A stretch of 64,000 nt of DNA, from contig CACBPV010000003.1 of NCBI GenBank assembly GCA_902541215.1, positions 28,784 to 92,783 on the forward strand. The letters are read 5' to 3'. The translations under genes and the position numbers were made by a program. The notes below the pieces were generated by a model that searched no databases, was not told the origin of the DNA, and was given only the letters and a program-made list of their open reading frames with translations. Of the stretch, positions 63,260-64,000 are shown piece by piece (the first letter of the stretch is position 1; each line of letters opens with the position of its first letter). The stretch comes from an uncultured Alphaproteobacteria bacterium (lineage in GTDB: Bacteria; Pseudomonadota; Alphaproteobacteria; HIMB59; GCA-002718135).

Positions 63260-63931
63260 TCAACCATGATGTTGGGAATCTTTTAAATAAATTAAATCTT
63301 CTATTTCTTTATCTTTATTTTTAATTATTTTTTTTAGTTCATTTAATTCATTTTCAAAACTACGATTTTTTTGTTCAATCTGTCTAAGTTCTGATTTTAG
63401 TATTGAATTTTCAATATTTAATTCTTCCATATCTTTAGTTGACACAGAACTTTCTAATTCTATTTCTAATTTTTGAACAAGATCTACGTATTTTGACAAT
63501 TGTTTATTTAATTCAGTTATTTTATTTTTAAGTTTGCTAAGTTTCTCAATACTTTCCGAATTATTTTCTAATGTATTATTTTCTAGATCTGATATATTTA
63601 TCAAAGATTGTTGATAATCATTCTTAATTGTATCGAATGATTCATTTAAATCTCTTATTTCTTCACGTAAGTTTTTTATTTGATCATCTCTAAATTTTAA
63701 TCGCTGATTTTTTTGAAATATCTCAAGTTTAAGTTTTTCTATTTCAGATCGTAAACTTGATTCATCAACAACACTGCTAGGAATGATTTCAGTAGGTGGC
63801 TCAGTTTGATCAGTTGAAAAATCCATAGAAGGCAAATAAAAAAAAATACCAAAGATAAATATAATTGAAATGACAAGTAAGATTCTGTTTCTTCTTCTTC
63901 TTCTTGCTTGTAAACCAACAAAACCTACCAT
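63260..63931 (-). CDS. Hypothetical membrane-anchored long coiled-coil protein
   Basis: RRRRR followed by a TM helix and about 160 aa of heptad-rich sequence. Confidence 0.75.
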   Translation of the reverse strand: MVGFVGLQARRRRRNRILLVISIIFIFGIFFYLPSMDFSTDQTEPPTEIIPSSVVDESSLRSEIEKLKLEIFQKNQRLKFRDDQIKNLREEIRDLNESFDTIKNDYQQSLINISDLENNTLENNSESIEKLSKLKNKITELNKQLSKYVDLVQKLEIELESSVSTKDMEELNIENSILKSELRQIEQKNRSFENELNELKKIIKNKDKEIEDLIYLKDSQHHG

Positions 63932-64000
63932 ACGAACTCTATAAAACGGTAAGTGTAAAAAATAAATATTTAATTATTAAATTGTGGATCTAAAGAATAT

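Overview
AT-rich, extremely compact chromosomal segment of a streamlined, probably marine, alphaproteobacterium. It is SAR11-like in composition, but RpoB carries a 25-aa insert and the gene order resembles Rhodospirillales. From start to end: rpoB(partial)-rplLJAK-nusG-secE-tuf with four tRNAs; a two-subunit FDH1-type formate dehydrogenase with Mo/W-cofactor genes; sulfur-related transporters; pyrE, pdxH, fabI, aroC, rpoH, purA, glmM, ftsH, tilS; the tol-pal cluster; tkt-gap-efp; a photolyase/furan-fatty-acid-type operon; and metF-fhs-soxBDAG. No mobile element or CRISPR array is visible. The most notable observation is that the conserved yebC-[ruvC-ruvA-ruvB-ybgC]-tolQ slot instead holds one 97-aa Hjc-like (archaeal/phage PD-(D/E)xK) nuclease, a candidate in-situ replacement of RuvABC. 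Other leads: an unannotated 40-aa lipoprotein, mini-ORFs and structure around the tRNA-tuf operon, a likely tungsten FDH with an orphan TupB, and clean absences of 6S RNA, ispA-dxs, folP and pgk-fba from their usual loci. All calls rest on motif recognition and recalled synteny; no database searches were run.
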